A DNA stretch of 63,002 bases, counting the filler, from Actinomycetota bacterium (GTDB taxonomy: Bacteria > Actinomycetota > Acidimicrobiia > IMCC26256 > VFJJ01): assembly GCA_009886115.1 (NCBI GenBank). It is 4 parts of 4 records of this genome, joined end to end, with 100 filler letters (N's around TTAATTAATTAA, not from the genome) between each part and the next. Parts side by side here need not be neighbours in the genome. Positions count along the whole stretch, not along the records: positions 1 to 10,799 come from VFJJ01000036.1; positions 10,900 to 40,269 come from VFJJ01000004.1; 2 more parts are not named here. One strand, 5' to 3'. Positions 7,965-17,136 of the stretch are shown one piece after another. Made by a program: the position numbers and the translations under genes. How positions within the stretch are numbered: position 1 is the first letter of the stretch; each line of letters begins with the position of its first letter. The notes beneath the pieces were generated by a model, which made no database searches, was not told where the DNA came from, and saw only the letters and a program-made list of their open reading frames with translations.

Positions 7965-10418
7965 ATGAGCACGAGCCAGAACGAGAGCGCAGGAACCGAG
8001 GGGCTTCTCGCCGGGGTGCGGGTCGTCGATCTGGCCGGCGAGCCCGCGGCCATGACCGGACGGATCCTGGCCGACCTCGGCGCCGAGGTGGTCAAGGTCG
8101 AGCCGCCCGACGGAGATCCGCTGCGCCGGCGGGAGCCCTTGCACCCTGACGGGCGCTCGTTGCGCTTCGAGGCGTGGAACGCCGGCAAGGTCTCGGTGGT
8201 GGTCGAGAGCGCCGACGACGCGGCTCTCGACGCGCTCCTCGCACGCGCCGACGTGGTCATCGACACCCCCGGCTTCGCGGGCTCGTGGCTGATCGACCCG
8301 TCCCGGGCACCGGAGGCCGTGTGGGTCTCGGTCACCCCGTTCGGCCTCACCGGACCCCGATCGGCCTGGGTGGGCACCGACCTGGGGGCCATGGCGGCGT
8401 CGGGGAACATGTTCTCGACCGGAGATCCCGACCGACCTCCCGTGCGCTGCACCGAGCCGACGGCGTACGCGCACACCGGGCCCGAGGCCGCCTTCGCGGC
8501 GCTGTCGGGTCTGGCGTCGGGACGGCCGCAGCGCGCCGACGTGTCGATGACCGAGACCGTCGGCATCGCGTCGATGGGCGCGACCGGTCGGTACTTCCGC
8601 GACGGGGTCCGCGGGCAACGTCAAGGGGCCGTGACCGGGCGAACCCGCGAGATCTGGCCCACCGCAGGCGGTGGATTCGTGAGCTTCGGCCTCCGGGGCG
8701 GCAAGGCCCGCGTCCCCACCCTGGAGCTGATCACCAAGCTGGTGTACGAGGACGGGATCGAGAGCTCGGTACTCGACCGCGATTGGGACAGTTACTCCCC
8801 CACCACCGCGAGCGCCGACGAGCTGCGGGCAATGGAAGCAGCCATCGGCGAGTACTTCTCGCGTCACACGATGGGCGAGCTGTTCGACATCGCCTGCGAG
8901 ACGAACCTGATGCTGGCGCCCACGGCCACGAACCTCGTGATCCTCGAGTCGAAGCAGCTCGCCGCACGCGAGTGCTTCGGGCCGGTCGGCGACATCGCGA
9001 AGTTCCCCCGGTCGTTCACGATCGTCCGCTCTGCCGACGGTCGAGCTGCGCCGGCCCGCCCGAGCGCCGGAGCACCCCTCGTCGGTGCGGGCCCGACGCC
9101 GCGCTGGTCTTCCGACCGCGACCGCGACGGCGAACGCGACGGCGCACGGCCAGCGGGTGCAGCGGGACGCCCGGCCTGGGAGGGCACCCGCATCCTCGAG
9201 TTCGGGTCGGGTGCGGCGGGGCCCATCGCCACCCGGTTCTTCGCCGAGCACGGGGCCACGGTGGTGCGGGTCGAGTCGCGCACCCGTCCCGACTTCCTGC
9301 GCGTGTACGCGCTCGGCCCCCAGAACCCCCACGGCCTCGAAGGGGCCGACATGTTCGACGCGCTGAACGTGGGTAAACGCACGATCTCGCTCGACCTCAA
9401 GAAGCCCGAGGCCAAGGAGATCGCCGTCCGGCTCTTCCAATGGGCCGACGGGGTGTGTGAGAACTTCGCCCCCAAGGCGATGCGCAACTTCGGGCTCGAC
9501 TACGACACGATGGCGGCGCTCAAACCCGATCTGGTGATGATCTCGGCCTGCCTCAACGGCAACACCGGCCCGTACCGCGACTATCCCGGCTTCGGCGGCC
9601 AGGGCTCGGCGCTGAGCGGCTTCAACTGGCTCACCGGCTGGCCCGACAAGGAACCGGCCGGGCCGTTCGGCACGATCACCGACTCGTTGGCCCCCCGCTT
9701 CGTCGCCGCTGGCCTCGCTGCCGGACTGCTGTATCACCGGCGGACGGGTCGCGGGTGCTATCTCGACCTCGCCCAGGTCGAGGCCGGTATCTACACCCTT
9801 TCGACCGCCATCCTCGACGGAGCCGTCAACGCCAACGTCGTGACCCGCAACGGGAATCGCCACGATGCGGCTGTCCCCCACGGGGCGTTCCGGTGCGCCG
9901 ACGCACCCGATCGTGCGGCCGACGAGCGGGGCGCCGGGGTCGTCGGCGATCGTTGGATCGCCGTCGCCTGCTGGGACGATGAGCAGTGGGCCCGTCTGGC
10001 GAACGAGATCGGCGCCGGAGCGCGCGACCCGGCACTGGCCGAGCTCTCCGGTCGCCGAGCCCGCGTCGACGAGGTCGAGGCGCTGGTCAACTCCTTCACC
10101 GGCTCGCGCCAGGCCATCGAGATCGCGGAACGCCTGCAATCACTTGGTATCGAGGCGGTTCCGGTCAACGACTTCCACGACTGCTTCACCGATCCCCAGC
10201 TGGCCCACCGTCAGCACCTCGTCGCCCTGACCCACCCGTTCCTCGGCGAGGGTCGCTACGAGCGCAACGGCTTCCGGCTGTCCGATGCCGACGCGGTCGT
10301 CGACGGCTACTGGCGCGCTGGCCCGACCCTCGGACAAGACAACGCGTGGATGCTCGACCAGCTCGGCTACACCGCCGCCGAGATCGCTCACCTCCAGGAG
10401 CTCGGAGCCCTGGAGTAA
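7965..10418 (+). CDS. Two-domain family III CoA-transferase (CaiB/BaiF fusion)
   Basis: Two copies of the L.G.R..(D/E)...LA..GA.V..VE motif; ENFAPKAM; GPTLGQDN. Confidence 0.9.
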   Translation: MSTSQNESAGTEGLLAGVRVVDLAGEPAAMTGRILADLGAEVVKVEPPDGDPLRRREPLHPDGRSLRFEAWNAGKVSVVVESADDAALDALLARADVVIDTPGFAGSWLIDPSRAPEAVWVSVTPFGLTGPRSAWVGTDLGAMAASGNMFSTGDPDRPPVRCTEPTAYAHTGPEAAFAALSGLASGRPQRADVSMTETVGIASMGATGRYFRDGVRGQRQGAVTGRTREIWPTAGGGFVSFGLRGGKARVPTLELITKLVYEDGIESSVLDRDWDSYSPTTASADELRAMEAAIGEYFSRHTMGELFDIACETNLMLAPTATNLVILESKQLAARECFGPVGDIAKFPRSFTIVRSADGRAAPARPSAGAPLVGAGPTPRWSSDRDRDGERDGARPAGAAGRPAWEGTRILEFGSGAAGPIATRFFAEHGATVVRVESRTRPDFLRVYALGPQNPHGLEGADMFDALNVGKRTISLDLKKPEAKEIAVRLFQWADGVCENFAPKAMRNFGLDYDTMAALKPDLVMISACLNGNTGPYRDYPGFGGQGSALSGFNWLTGWPDKEPAGPFGTITDSLAPRFVAAGLAAGLLYHRRTGRGCYLDLAQVEAGIYTLSTAILDGAVNANVVTRNGNRHDAAVPHGAFRCADAPDRAADERGAGVVGDRWIAVACWDDEQWARLANEIGAGARDPALAELSGRRARVDEVEALVNSFTGSRQAIEIAERLQSLGIEAVPVNDFHDCFTDPQLAHRQHLVALTHPFLGEGRYERNGFRLSDADAVVDGYWRAGPTLGQDNAWMLDQLGYTAAEIAHLQELGALE

Positions 10419-10431
10419 AGGGTCGTCGAGA

Positions 10432-10799
10432 TCACCGCACGGTCACGTCGTCGAAGCGCGTGCGTGACGGGGTGGAGGGCGCGTTGTCGTCGTGGCTCAC
10501 CAGGCGCAACGTCACCCGGTGCCCGATGTAGGGCCGAAGGTCGAAGCTCAGCTGGCCCCACGTCGTGGTCACCCACCGCCGCCACGCGGCGACGAAGTCG
10601 GCGACCTCCGACTGGTCGACCCCGTAGTGGAACCAGTTGCCGTTGAACTCGTGGGCGCCGCGCAAGATCGCGTCCTCTTGGCCGGTGGCCACGAGGCGCT
10701 GGCCCAGTTCGAGCCAATGAGTGTCATACGTCCCTTGGGCACCCGCCCGCCACGTCCCGCCGACCGGGAAGATACCGGTGCCGCCGAGAACCATCCGAT
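10432..10799 (-). CDS. Partial GH26-like glycoside hydrolase segment joined to a short beta-sandwich tail (5' end lost at gap)
   Basis: GTYDTHW...ILRGAHEFNGNWF...FVAAWRR (GH26 acid/base region) then WGQLSFDLRPYIGHRVTLRL...FDDVTV. Confidence 0.55.
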
Positions 10800-10899
10800 N
10801 NNNNNNNNNNNNNNNNNNNNNNNNNNNNNNNNNNNNNNNNNNNTTAATTAATTAANNNNNNNNNNNNNNNNNNNNNNNNNNNNNNNNNNNNNNNNNNNN
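10800..10899. other. Artificial contig spacer
   Basis: N-run, TTAATTAATTAA (six-frame stop), N-run. Confidence 0.98.
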
Positions 10900-10900
10900 C

Positions 10901-12340
10901 ACCACGACCACCACGACCACCACCACGACCACCACGACCACCACCACGACCACCGCGACCACCGCGACCACCGCGGTCGAGCCGCCGCCGCCGTGCCGGC
11001 CCGGGACCTCGCTCGACGGTCTCGAGACCCTGCGCAAGCTCACGGGGCCCGACGGGCGGGGGCGCTTCGACGTGCTCCGCCAACCGTACGTCCCCCTCGA
11101 CCTCCCGGGGATGGAAGCTGCCAACCTCGACGTCGAGATTCGCGAGCAGCTCAACCGGGGGCGGCTGGTGCTCGACGAGGCCCTCGGCTCGCGGGCCGAC
11201 ATCGACACCACCACGATGCTGCTCGATCGGGCCGACGTCGACGTGCTGGTGCGTCTGCGCGACAGCGGCATCACGCGAGTCGTCGTCGAGCCATCGCAGC
11301 TCGCCGCCGTGGTTCCCGTCGACGGCGTCACGATCGGACGACCGACCACCATCGGCATCGCCGATGACGACCGCGCCGACGCCGCCGTGACCCATCCCGG
11401 CATCGAGGCGCTCCTGCACGACCAGGCACCAGCGCCGCTGAAGGTGCACCGATTCCTCGCCGCCGTGTCGTTCGCAGCGCTCGAGCGACCGAGTGAGGCC
11501 CGGGGCGTGGTGTTGCTGAGTCGCTGGGAGTCACGGCCTGATCCCGACGTCGTGCAGGCGCTCCTCGGCCTGCTCGACGACCACCCGCTGATCCGGATGC
11601 GGACCCTGAGCGACTACTTCGGCACCGTCGAGCGGGAACAAGGGGAGTCGGCCCTCATCGAACGCGAGTTCCAGCTCGTCGAGCAGCGACCGCTGGTGGT
11701 CAACGGCAGCACCATCGCCGACACCCGCAACATCCTCGGCGCCTACGAGAGCTGGATCGGAGCGGACGCCGCGGCCGACGTCCTCAAGGGGCGCCGCAAC
11801 GTGCTCATCGCCGAGCGCGCCGGTCTCGACGTCGAGACCGCCAAGGCCTTCCTCGACGAAGCCACGGCCCCGATCAACGCCCTCCTCAGCCAGGTGACGT
11901 TCAGGACGTCGTCGCAGCTGACGATCACCGCCCGCCAGGCCCAGCTCGGGGTGCAGTTCACCAATGACAGCAACCGGACCGTCGAGGTACGGCTCGAGCT
12001 GTCCGGGCCCAAGGTCAACTTCCTCGACGCGCCGAGACCGGGCGAGACCATCGAGCTCCCGCCCGGTCCGTTCGAACAGACCTTCCACTTCGAGGTTCAA
12101 GCGTCGGGTGACAGCTCGTTGCGGGTCACGATGTCGTCGCCCGACGGGGGCATTCCCCTGGGCACGAACGACGTTCGGATCCGCAACTTCGCGTTCCGGG
12201 GCCTGGCCGCGTGGATCACCGTCGCCGCCGCCGTGTTCCTGGCCCTGTGGTGGGGAACCCACATCCGGCGCAACCGGCGCCGGAGCGCCAACCGGTCCCG
12301 GGTCGGGCGATCGGGTCCCGAGCTCCCGGCCGACCCGTGA
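10901..12340 (+). CDS. DUF6049-like membrane-anchored protein upstream of murJ (5' partial, begins in poly-Thr tract)
   Basis: PYVPLD, LTITARQAQLGVQFTNDSNRTVEVRLEL, ASGDSSLRVTMSSPDG, C-terminal TM; conserved position before murJ in actinobacteria. Confidence 0.7.
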   Translation, partial: TTTTTTTTTTTTTTTTTTATTATTAVEPPPPCRPGTSLDGLETLRKLTGPDGRGRFDVLRQPYVPLDLPGMEAANLDVEIREQLNRGRLVLDEALGSRADIDTTTMLLDRADVDVLVRLRDSGITRVVVEPSQLAAVVPVDGVTIGRPTTIGIADDDRADAAVTHPGIEALLHDQAPAPLKVHRFLAAVSFAALERPSEARGVVLLSRWESRPDPDVVQALLGLLDDHPLIRMRTLSDYFGTVEREQGESALIEREFQLVEQRPLVVNGSTIADTRNILGAYESWIGADAAADVLKGRRNVLIAERAGLDVETAKAFLDEATAPINALLSQVTFRTSSQLTITARQAQLGVQFTNDSNRTVEVRLELSGPKVNFLDAPRPGETIELPPGPFEQTFHFEVQASGDSSLRVTMSSPDGGIPLGTNDVRIRNFAFRGLAAWITVAAAVFLALWWGTHIRRNRRRSANRSRVGRSGPELPADP

Positions 12341-13926
12341 GCACCGGGTTGGAAGCAGCTCGGGTGACCGCCCGATCGGGGGCGACGGTCGCGCTGGGGA
12401 CGGCGCTGTCCCGGGTCACCGGTGTGGTTCGGCTGGCCGCGTTGGCCTACGCCCTGGGCCGGGGCACGTTCAGTGACGCCTTCAACGCCGCCAACACGAC
12501 GCCCAACGTCCTGTACGAGTTGGCGGTGGGGGGGATCCTCACCGCCACGCTCGTGCCGGTCTTCGTGGAGCACCTCGACGACGACGACCACGACGCCGTC
12601 TCGGCCGTCGCCACGGCCGTCGCCGCGGTGCTCGCCGTCATCACCGTCCTCGGGATCGTGGCCGCTCCGCTGCTGGTGCAGGTCATCACCAGCCAGCCCG
12701 AGCAGCGCGAGATCGCGACGCACCTGCTCCGGTTCTTCATGCCGCAGGTCCTGTTCTACGGCCTGGCGGCGGTCGGTGGTGCCGTGCTCAACGCTCGACG
12801 GTCGTTCGCCGCTCCCGCGTTGGCGCCGGTCCTCAACAACCTCGTCGTCTCGGCCATGTTCGTGGCCGTGCCCCACCTGTACGCCACCGATCCGATCACC
12901 GACGTGGCCGGGGCCGCCGGCGACCGTGGCTATCTGACGTTCCTCGGGGTGGGGACGACCCTGGGTGTCGTCGCCATGGCCCTGGCGTTGCTCCCCGCGT
13001 TGCGCCGTTCGGGCGTGCGCATCCGGCCCTTGCTGGCGTGGCGGCATCCGGCCGTGGTGTCGGTCGTCAGGCTCTCGGGGTGGACGGTGGGGTACGTCGT
13101 CGCCAACCAGATCGCGCTCATGGTCGTATACCGGTTGGCCCTCGGCAACGGCGACGGCGACCTCACCGCCTACCAGTTGGCGTTCACGTTCTTCCAGCTC
13201 CCCCACGGGTTGATCGCCGTGACCGTGATGACCACCCACGGGCCGGTGTTGGCCCGATTGGCCGTCGCCGAGCACTGGGGACGATTCCGCGCCCGTTTCG
13301 GCTCGGGGCTGCGGATCTTGGGGTTCTTCGTGTGCCCGGCTGCAGCAGGCCTCATCGCGCTCAGCCGCCCGACGATCTCGGTCGTCCTCGAGCACGGGAA
13401 CTTCGCCGCGGCCGACACCCGAAGCACCGCCGCCGTGCTGGCCTGGTTCGGGGTGGGGCTCGTCGGGTTCTCGGTGTACCTGTACACCCTGCGGGCGTTC
13501 TACGCGCTGCGCGACACGCGCACGCCCTTTTGGCTCAACGTGATCGAGAACGCGCTCAACATCGCCCTGGCCATTCCGCTCGTGTCGGTCATGGGGGTCG
13601 AGGGCCTGGCGCTGTCGTATGCCATCGCCTACTCGGTGGCCGCCGTGCTGGCCCTGGTGGCACTGGGACGCGCCGTGGGACCTGCGGTCGCCCCGTCGAC
13701 GGTGGGCGTCCTCATCCGGGTGATCGCCGCTGCGGCCGTCATGGGCGAGCTCGTCGGCATCGTCATCCGCCGCTTCGGCTCCGATCACGGCCTGGGAGCC
13801 GCGGCCCGATTGACGGTCGGGATCCCGCTGGGAGCCGTGATCTATCTCGGCCTCCTCGCGCTCACCCGACCCGGCGGGCGACCCGGCGGGCGACCCGGGC
13901 GTGCTCGAGCCGTCACGCCGGTGTAG
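12337..13926 (+). CDS. murJ: Lipid II flippase MurJ (MviN)
   Basis: LSRVTGVVR, DAFNAANTTPNVLYEL, FFQLPHG, RAFYALRDTRTP; multiple TM segments. Confidence 0.95.
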   Translation: MSTGLEAARVTARSGATVALGTALSRVTGVVRLAALAYALGRGTFSDAFNAANTTPNVLYELAVGGILTATLVPVFVEHLDDDDHDAVSAVATAVAAVLAVITVLGIVAAPLLVQVITSQPEQREIATHLLRFFMPQVLFYGLAAVGGAVLNARRSFAAPALAPVLNNLVVSAMFVAVPHLYATDPITDVAGAAGDRGYLTFLGVGTTLGVVAMALALLPALRRSGVRIRPLLAWRHPAVVSVVRLSGWTVGYVVANQIALMVVYRLALGNGDGDLTAYQLAFTFFQLPHGLIAVTVMTTHGPVLARLAVAEHWGRFRARFGSGLRILGFFVCPAAAGLIALSRPTISVVLEHGNFAAADTRSTAAVLAWFGVGLVGFSVYLYTLRAFYALRDTRTPFWLNVIENALNIALAIPLVSVMGVEGLALSYAIAYSVAAVLALVALGRAVGPAVAPSTVGVLIRVIAAAAVMGELVGIVIRRFGSDHGLGAAARLTVGIPLGAVIYLGLLALTRPGGRPGGRPGRARAVTPV

Positions 13927-13936
13927 GAAGGCGACC

Positions 13937-14803
13937 ATGCCTGCGAACGCCATCCACGTCGTGACCGACAGCGCCTGCGATCTCCCCCCGGCCGTGCTCG
14001 AGCGACACGGCATCGCCATGGTCCCCCTCACGATCCGCTTCGGCGCCGAGGAGCTCGTCGACCGGATCGACGTCTCGCCGGCGCAGTTCTGGAGCCGGGT
14101 CTCGGGCTCGGCGGTCCTTCCTGAGACATCGGCGCCTTCACCCGGGGCCTTCGAGGAGGTGTTCCGCCAGGCCATCGACGGCGGGGCCGAGGCGATCGTC
14201 TGCGTCACGTTGTCGTCGCGGCTCTCGGCGACCGCGCAATCGGCCACGCTGGCCGCCACCGCGGTCGCCGACCGGGCCCGGGTGATCGTCGTCGACTCGA
14301 TGAACGCCAGCGCCGGACAGGGGCTGCTGGCCCTCACAGCAGCCCGGGCCGTCGCCTCGGGGGCATCGCTCGAGGAGGTCGTTGCGGTCACCGAACAGGC
14401 CCGATCGCGAACGGTTCTGCTTGCGGCGCTCGACACCCTCGAGCACCTCAAGAAAGGCGGCCGCATCGGTGGGGCACAGGCCCTGTTGGCGACGGCGTTG
14501 TCGATCAAGCCGATCGTGACGAACCGCGATGGCCTCGTGGCCGAAGGGGGAAAGGTGCGCACACGGTCTCGAGCGCTGGCGTTCCTGGCCGACGCGGTGG
14601 CTCGGGCGGCGCCGCTGGAAGCCCTGGCCGTGATCCACGCCGAAGCGCCCGATCTCGACGACCTGCTGGCATTGGTGGCCAAGCACCATGCACGCCCCGA
14701 GATCCTCGTCTGCGACATCGGCCCCGTGATCGGCACCCACGCCGGGCCTCGGACGATCGGCGTGGCATTCCAACGTCGTGCCGAGTCGACCCCGGCGAGC
14801 TGA
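13937..14803 (+). CDS. DegV family fatty-acid-binding protein
   Basis: VVTDSACDL, TSAPSPG, LSSRLSAT, LKKGGRIG, IKP, IGTHAGP. Confidence 0.95.
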   Translation: MPANAIHVVTDSACDLPPAVLERHGIAMVPLTIRFGAEELVDRIDVSPAQFWSRVSGSAVLPETSAPSPGAFEEVFRQAIDGGAEAIVCVTLSSRLSATAQSATLAATAVADRARVIVVDSMNASAGQGLLALTAARAVASGASLEEVVAVTEQARSRTVLLAALDTLEHLKKGGRIGGAQALLATALSIKPIVTNRDGLVAEGGKVRTRSRALAFLADAVARAAPLEALAVIHAEAPDLDDLLALVAKHHARPEILVCDIGPVIGTHAGPRTIGVAFQRRAESTPAS

Positions 14804-14914
14804 TCCGATCGGTGCCCGGCCAGCCGTCATCGCACCCGGCACCCGGATCCGACCCGGAGGCACCGGTCGCGATCCACCCGAGCACGACGGCGATCACACT
14901 ACGGTTGACGGACC

Positions 14915-16447
14915 GTGGCCGAGATCATTGCCACCGACACGCCTCTGCTCGAACCGGATCCCCAGGCCGGGCGCCCTGTCGCGGGCATGCTGCTGGCCGG
15001 GCGCTACCGGCTGCACCGTCCGATCGCCAACGGTGTGGCGTGCACGGTCTGGATCGCCGACGACGCCATTCTGGCCCGGCCGGTTGCCGTGAAGGTCCTG
15101 GCGGCCCATCTGGGGACTCATCCCGACCGGCGCACCGAGTTCCTCGAGCGAGCTCGTCTCACCACGCGCGTCGAGCACCCGGCGATCGCGACCACGTTCG
15201 ACTCCGGTGTCTCACCGTGCGTGTTCACGGTGGGCGAGCTCGTCGAAGGATCACGTCTTGAAGGCTTTGCTGTCGCCGAGGCCCCCATGGGGCTGGCGCG
15301 TGCCGTGCGCATCGTCATGCAGCTGGCGGCCCCACTCGAAGCCCTCGACCAGCACCGCATCCTCCACGGGGGCATCGATCTCGATGACATCCTGATCGGC
15401 GCTCACGATGCACTGACCGTCACGGCACTGCGGTGCGGACCCGCTGACGGCAACCCCGATGCAACCCGAGCCGCGGCCGTGGAAACGATCGGCACGGTGT
15501 TGTACACCCTGGCGTGCGGTCGTCCGCCCGACGAGCTCGCCCTGCGAGCCCGTCAGGTGCGAGCCGATGTCACACGCGAGCTCGACGATCTCACGACGCG
15601 AGCGCTCGAGGGCCGGTTCGAGTCGGTCGCCGAGCTCCGCCGGGAGCTGGGTCGTCTCGAGTTCACCGACGAACGGGTCGCGTCACCCGTCCACGACGGG
15701 CGATCGGCGCGGACACGCTCGCGTTCACGTCACGACGTGATGCTCGTGATCGGGGTGTTGGCCGTGGCGCTGGTAAGCGTGTTGATCGGAGTGCTGGCGT
15801 CGGAATCGGGACGGCGGGCGATCGGCCAGGTCGTCCCCGGGGGGTCCGACTCCGACCGAGCGGCCGGTACCACGACCACGGTGGACATCGCGGCCTCGCT
15901 CGCCGAGAGCGCCACCGAGGCCGGGGCCATCGACCTCGACGGCTTCGAGGGCCAGCAGACTCCAGCGCAGACCCCTCCCACGGTGGAGGTCACGCCGATC
16001 GGGGCCGACGACTTCGATCCGATGGGCGACGGGAGCGAGAAGCCCGACTTGGTGCCGCTCGCTGTCGACGACGACGCCACCACCGCATGGCGCTCCGACC
16101 TGTACAAGAACGTGCTGCTCGGAGGGCTCAAGGATGGCGTCGGGCTGATCGTCGAGATCCCCGATGGCGTCACCGTGACCGCCCTGCAGATCAGCAGCCC
16201 CGGCAACGGCTGGAGCGCTCTGGTGCACGGGGTGACCACCAGACCGCGGCCGTCGAACTACCTGGGCTGGGGCCAGCCCATCGCCATCATCACCTCCGGT
16301 ACCCGTCCCGACACGATCGCGACACTCGACGCCCCCCAGACCGGCGGCCACCTCCTGATCTGGTTCACGAGCCTGCACGAGTCGGCCGAACCCGACCGCT
16401 ACACCATCACGGTCAGCGAGATCGTCTTGCTCGCCGTGGCCGAATAG
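14915..16447 (+). CDS. Ser/Thr kinase-like (probable pseudokinase) with TM and extracellular beta domain
   Basis: LAGRYRL, RPVAVKVL, HPAI; HRD replaced by HGG and no DFG; TM segment then DFDP.GDGSE...AVDDDATTAWRS...KDGVGL. Confidence 0.8.
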   Translation: MAEIIATDTPLLEPDPQAGRPVAGMLLAGRYRLHRPIANGVACTVWIADDAILARPVAVKVLAAHLGTHPDRRTEFLERARLTTRVEHPAIATTFDSGVSPCVFTVGELVEGSRLEGFAVAEAPMGLARAVRIVMQLAAPLEALDQHRILHGGIDLDDILIGAHDALTVTALRCGPADGNPDATRAAAVETIGTVLYTLACGRPPDELALRARQVRADVTRELDDLTTRALEGRFESVAELRRELGRLEFTDERVASPVHDGRSARTRSRSRHDVMLVIGVLAVALVSVLIGVLASESGRRAIGQVVPGGSDSDRAAGTTTTVDIAASLAESATEAGAIDLDGFEGQQTPAQTPPTVEVTPIGADDFDPMGDGSEKPDLVPLAVDDDATTAWRSDLYKNVLLGGLKDGVGLIVEIPDGVTVTALQISSPGNGWSALVHGVTTRPRPSNYLGWGQPIAIITSGTRPDTIATLDAPQTGGHLLIWFTSLHESAEPDRYTITVSEIVLLAVAE

Positions 16448-16455
16448 CTCGATCG

Positions 16456-17067
16456 ATGGCCCCCGACCGTCTCAGCAGCGCGTCCGACAACGACCTCGCC
16501 CACGCCTCCGCCGCCGGTGACCGCCGAGCGCTCGAGATCCTCCTCGAACGCCACTTCGACTATGTGCACGCCGTGTGTCGGCGCGTCACCGGGCACAGCG
16601 AAGACGCGCTCGACGCGACACAGGAGGCGTTGATCTCGGTGTCGCGCCGCATCTCGTCGTTCGATGGGCGCTCGCTGTTCACCACTTGGCTGTACCGGGT
16701 GGCCACCAACGCGGCCCTGGACGAGGTGCGTCGACGCAAGCGGCGACCCACCCCGAGCGACCCCTCGATCGACAGGGGGCCGGTCCCCACCGACGCCATC
16801 GTGTCGTCCCCCGAGTCGGCGGTGACGGCCCGCATCGACGTCGACGCCGCCCTGGCCCGGATCCCCGAGGAGTACCGGACGGCGGTGGTGCTGCGCGATC
16901 TCGCCGACCTCGACTACGCCGAGATCGCCGAGGCCCTCGACATCCCCATCGGAACCGTCAGGTCCCGCATCGCCCGAGGTCGCCAGGCGCTGGCCGCGAT
17001 CCTCGGGAACTCCACCCCTGATCCCGACGTCACACCACCGACACGCCGCGATGAACGTCCATCGTGA
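16456..17067 (+). CDS. sigM: ECF sigma factor (SigM-like)
   Basis: DALDATQEA, FDGRSLFTTWLYRVATN, YAEIAEALDIPIGTVRSRIARGR; synteny with trxB. Confidence 0.8.
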   Translation: MAPDRLSSASDNDLAHASAAGDRRALEILLERHFDYVHAVCRRVTGHSEDALDATQEALISVSRRISSFDGRSLFTTWLYRVATNAALDEVRRRKRRPTPSDPSIDRGPVPTDAIVSSPESAVTARIDVDAALARIPEEYRTAVVLRDLADLDYAEIAEALDIPIGTVRSRIARGRQALAAILGNSTPDPDVTPPTRRDERPS

Positions 17068-17136
17068 TGGCCGTTTTCTCCCTTCCGGCGCTGTCCTTTC
17101 CCGCCCCGGCCCCACTCAGCCAGCATTGAGCTCTCG

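Noticed and set aside
10800..10899. TTAATTAATTAA palindrome within N-runs (also at 40314 and 50589)
   Set aside because: Identical 100-nt artificial spacer; not biological, and any cross-gap gene clustering is invalid
10900..10972. ACC/ACG trinucleotide tract
   Set aside because: Encodes a poly-Thr linker of the DUF6049-like protein and probably explains the contig break
13868..13900. 12-bp tandem repeat at the end of murJ
   Set aside because: In-frame RPGG repeats in a low-complexity tail; no sign of separate function
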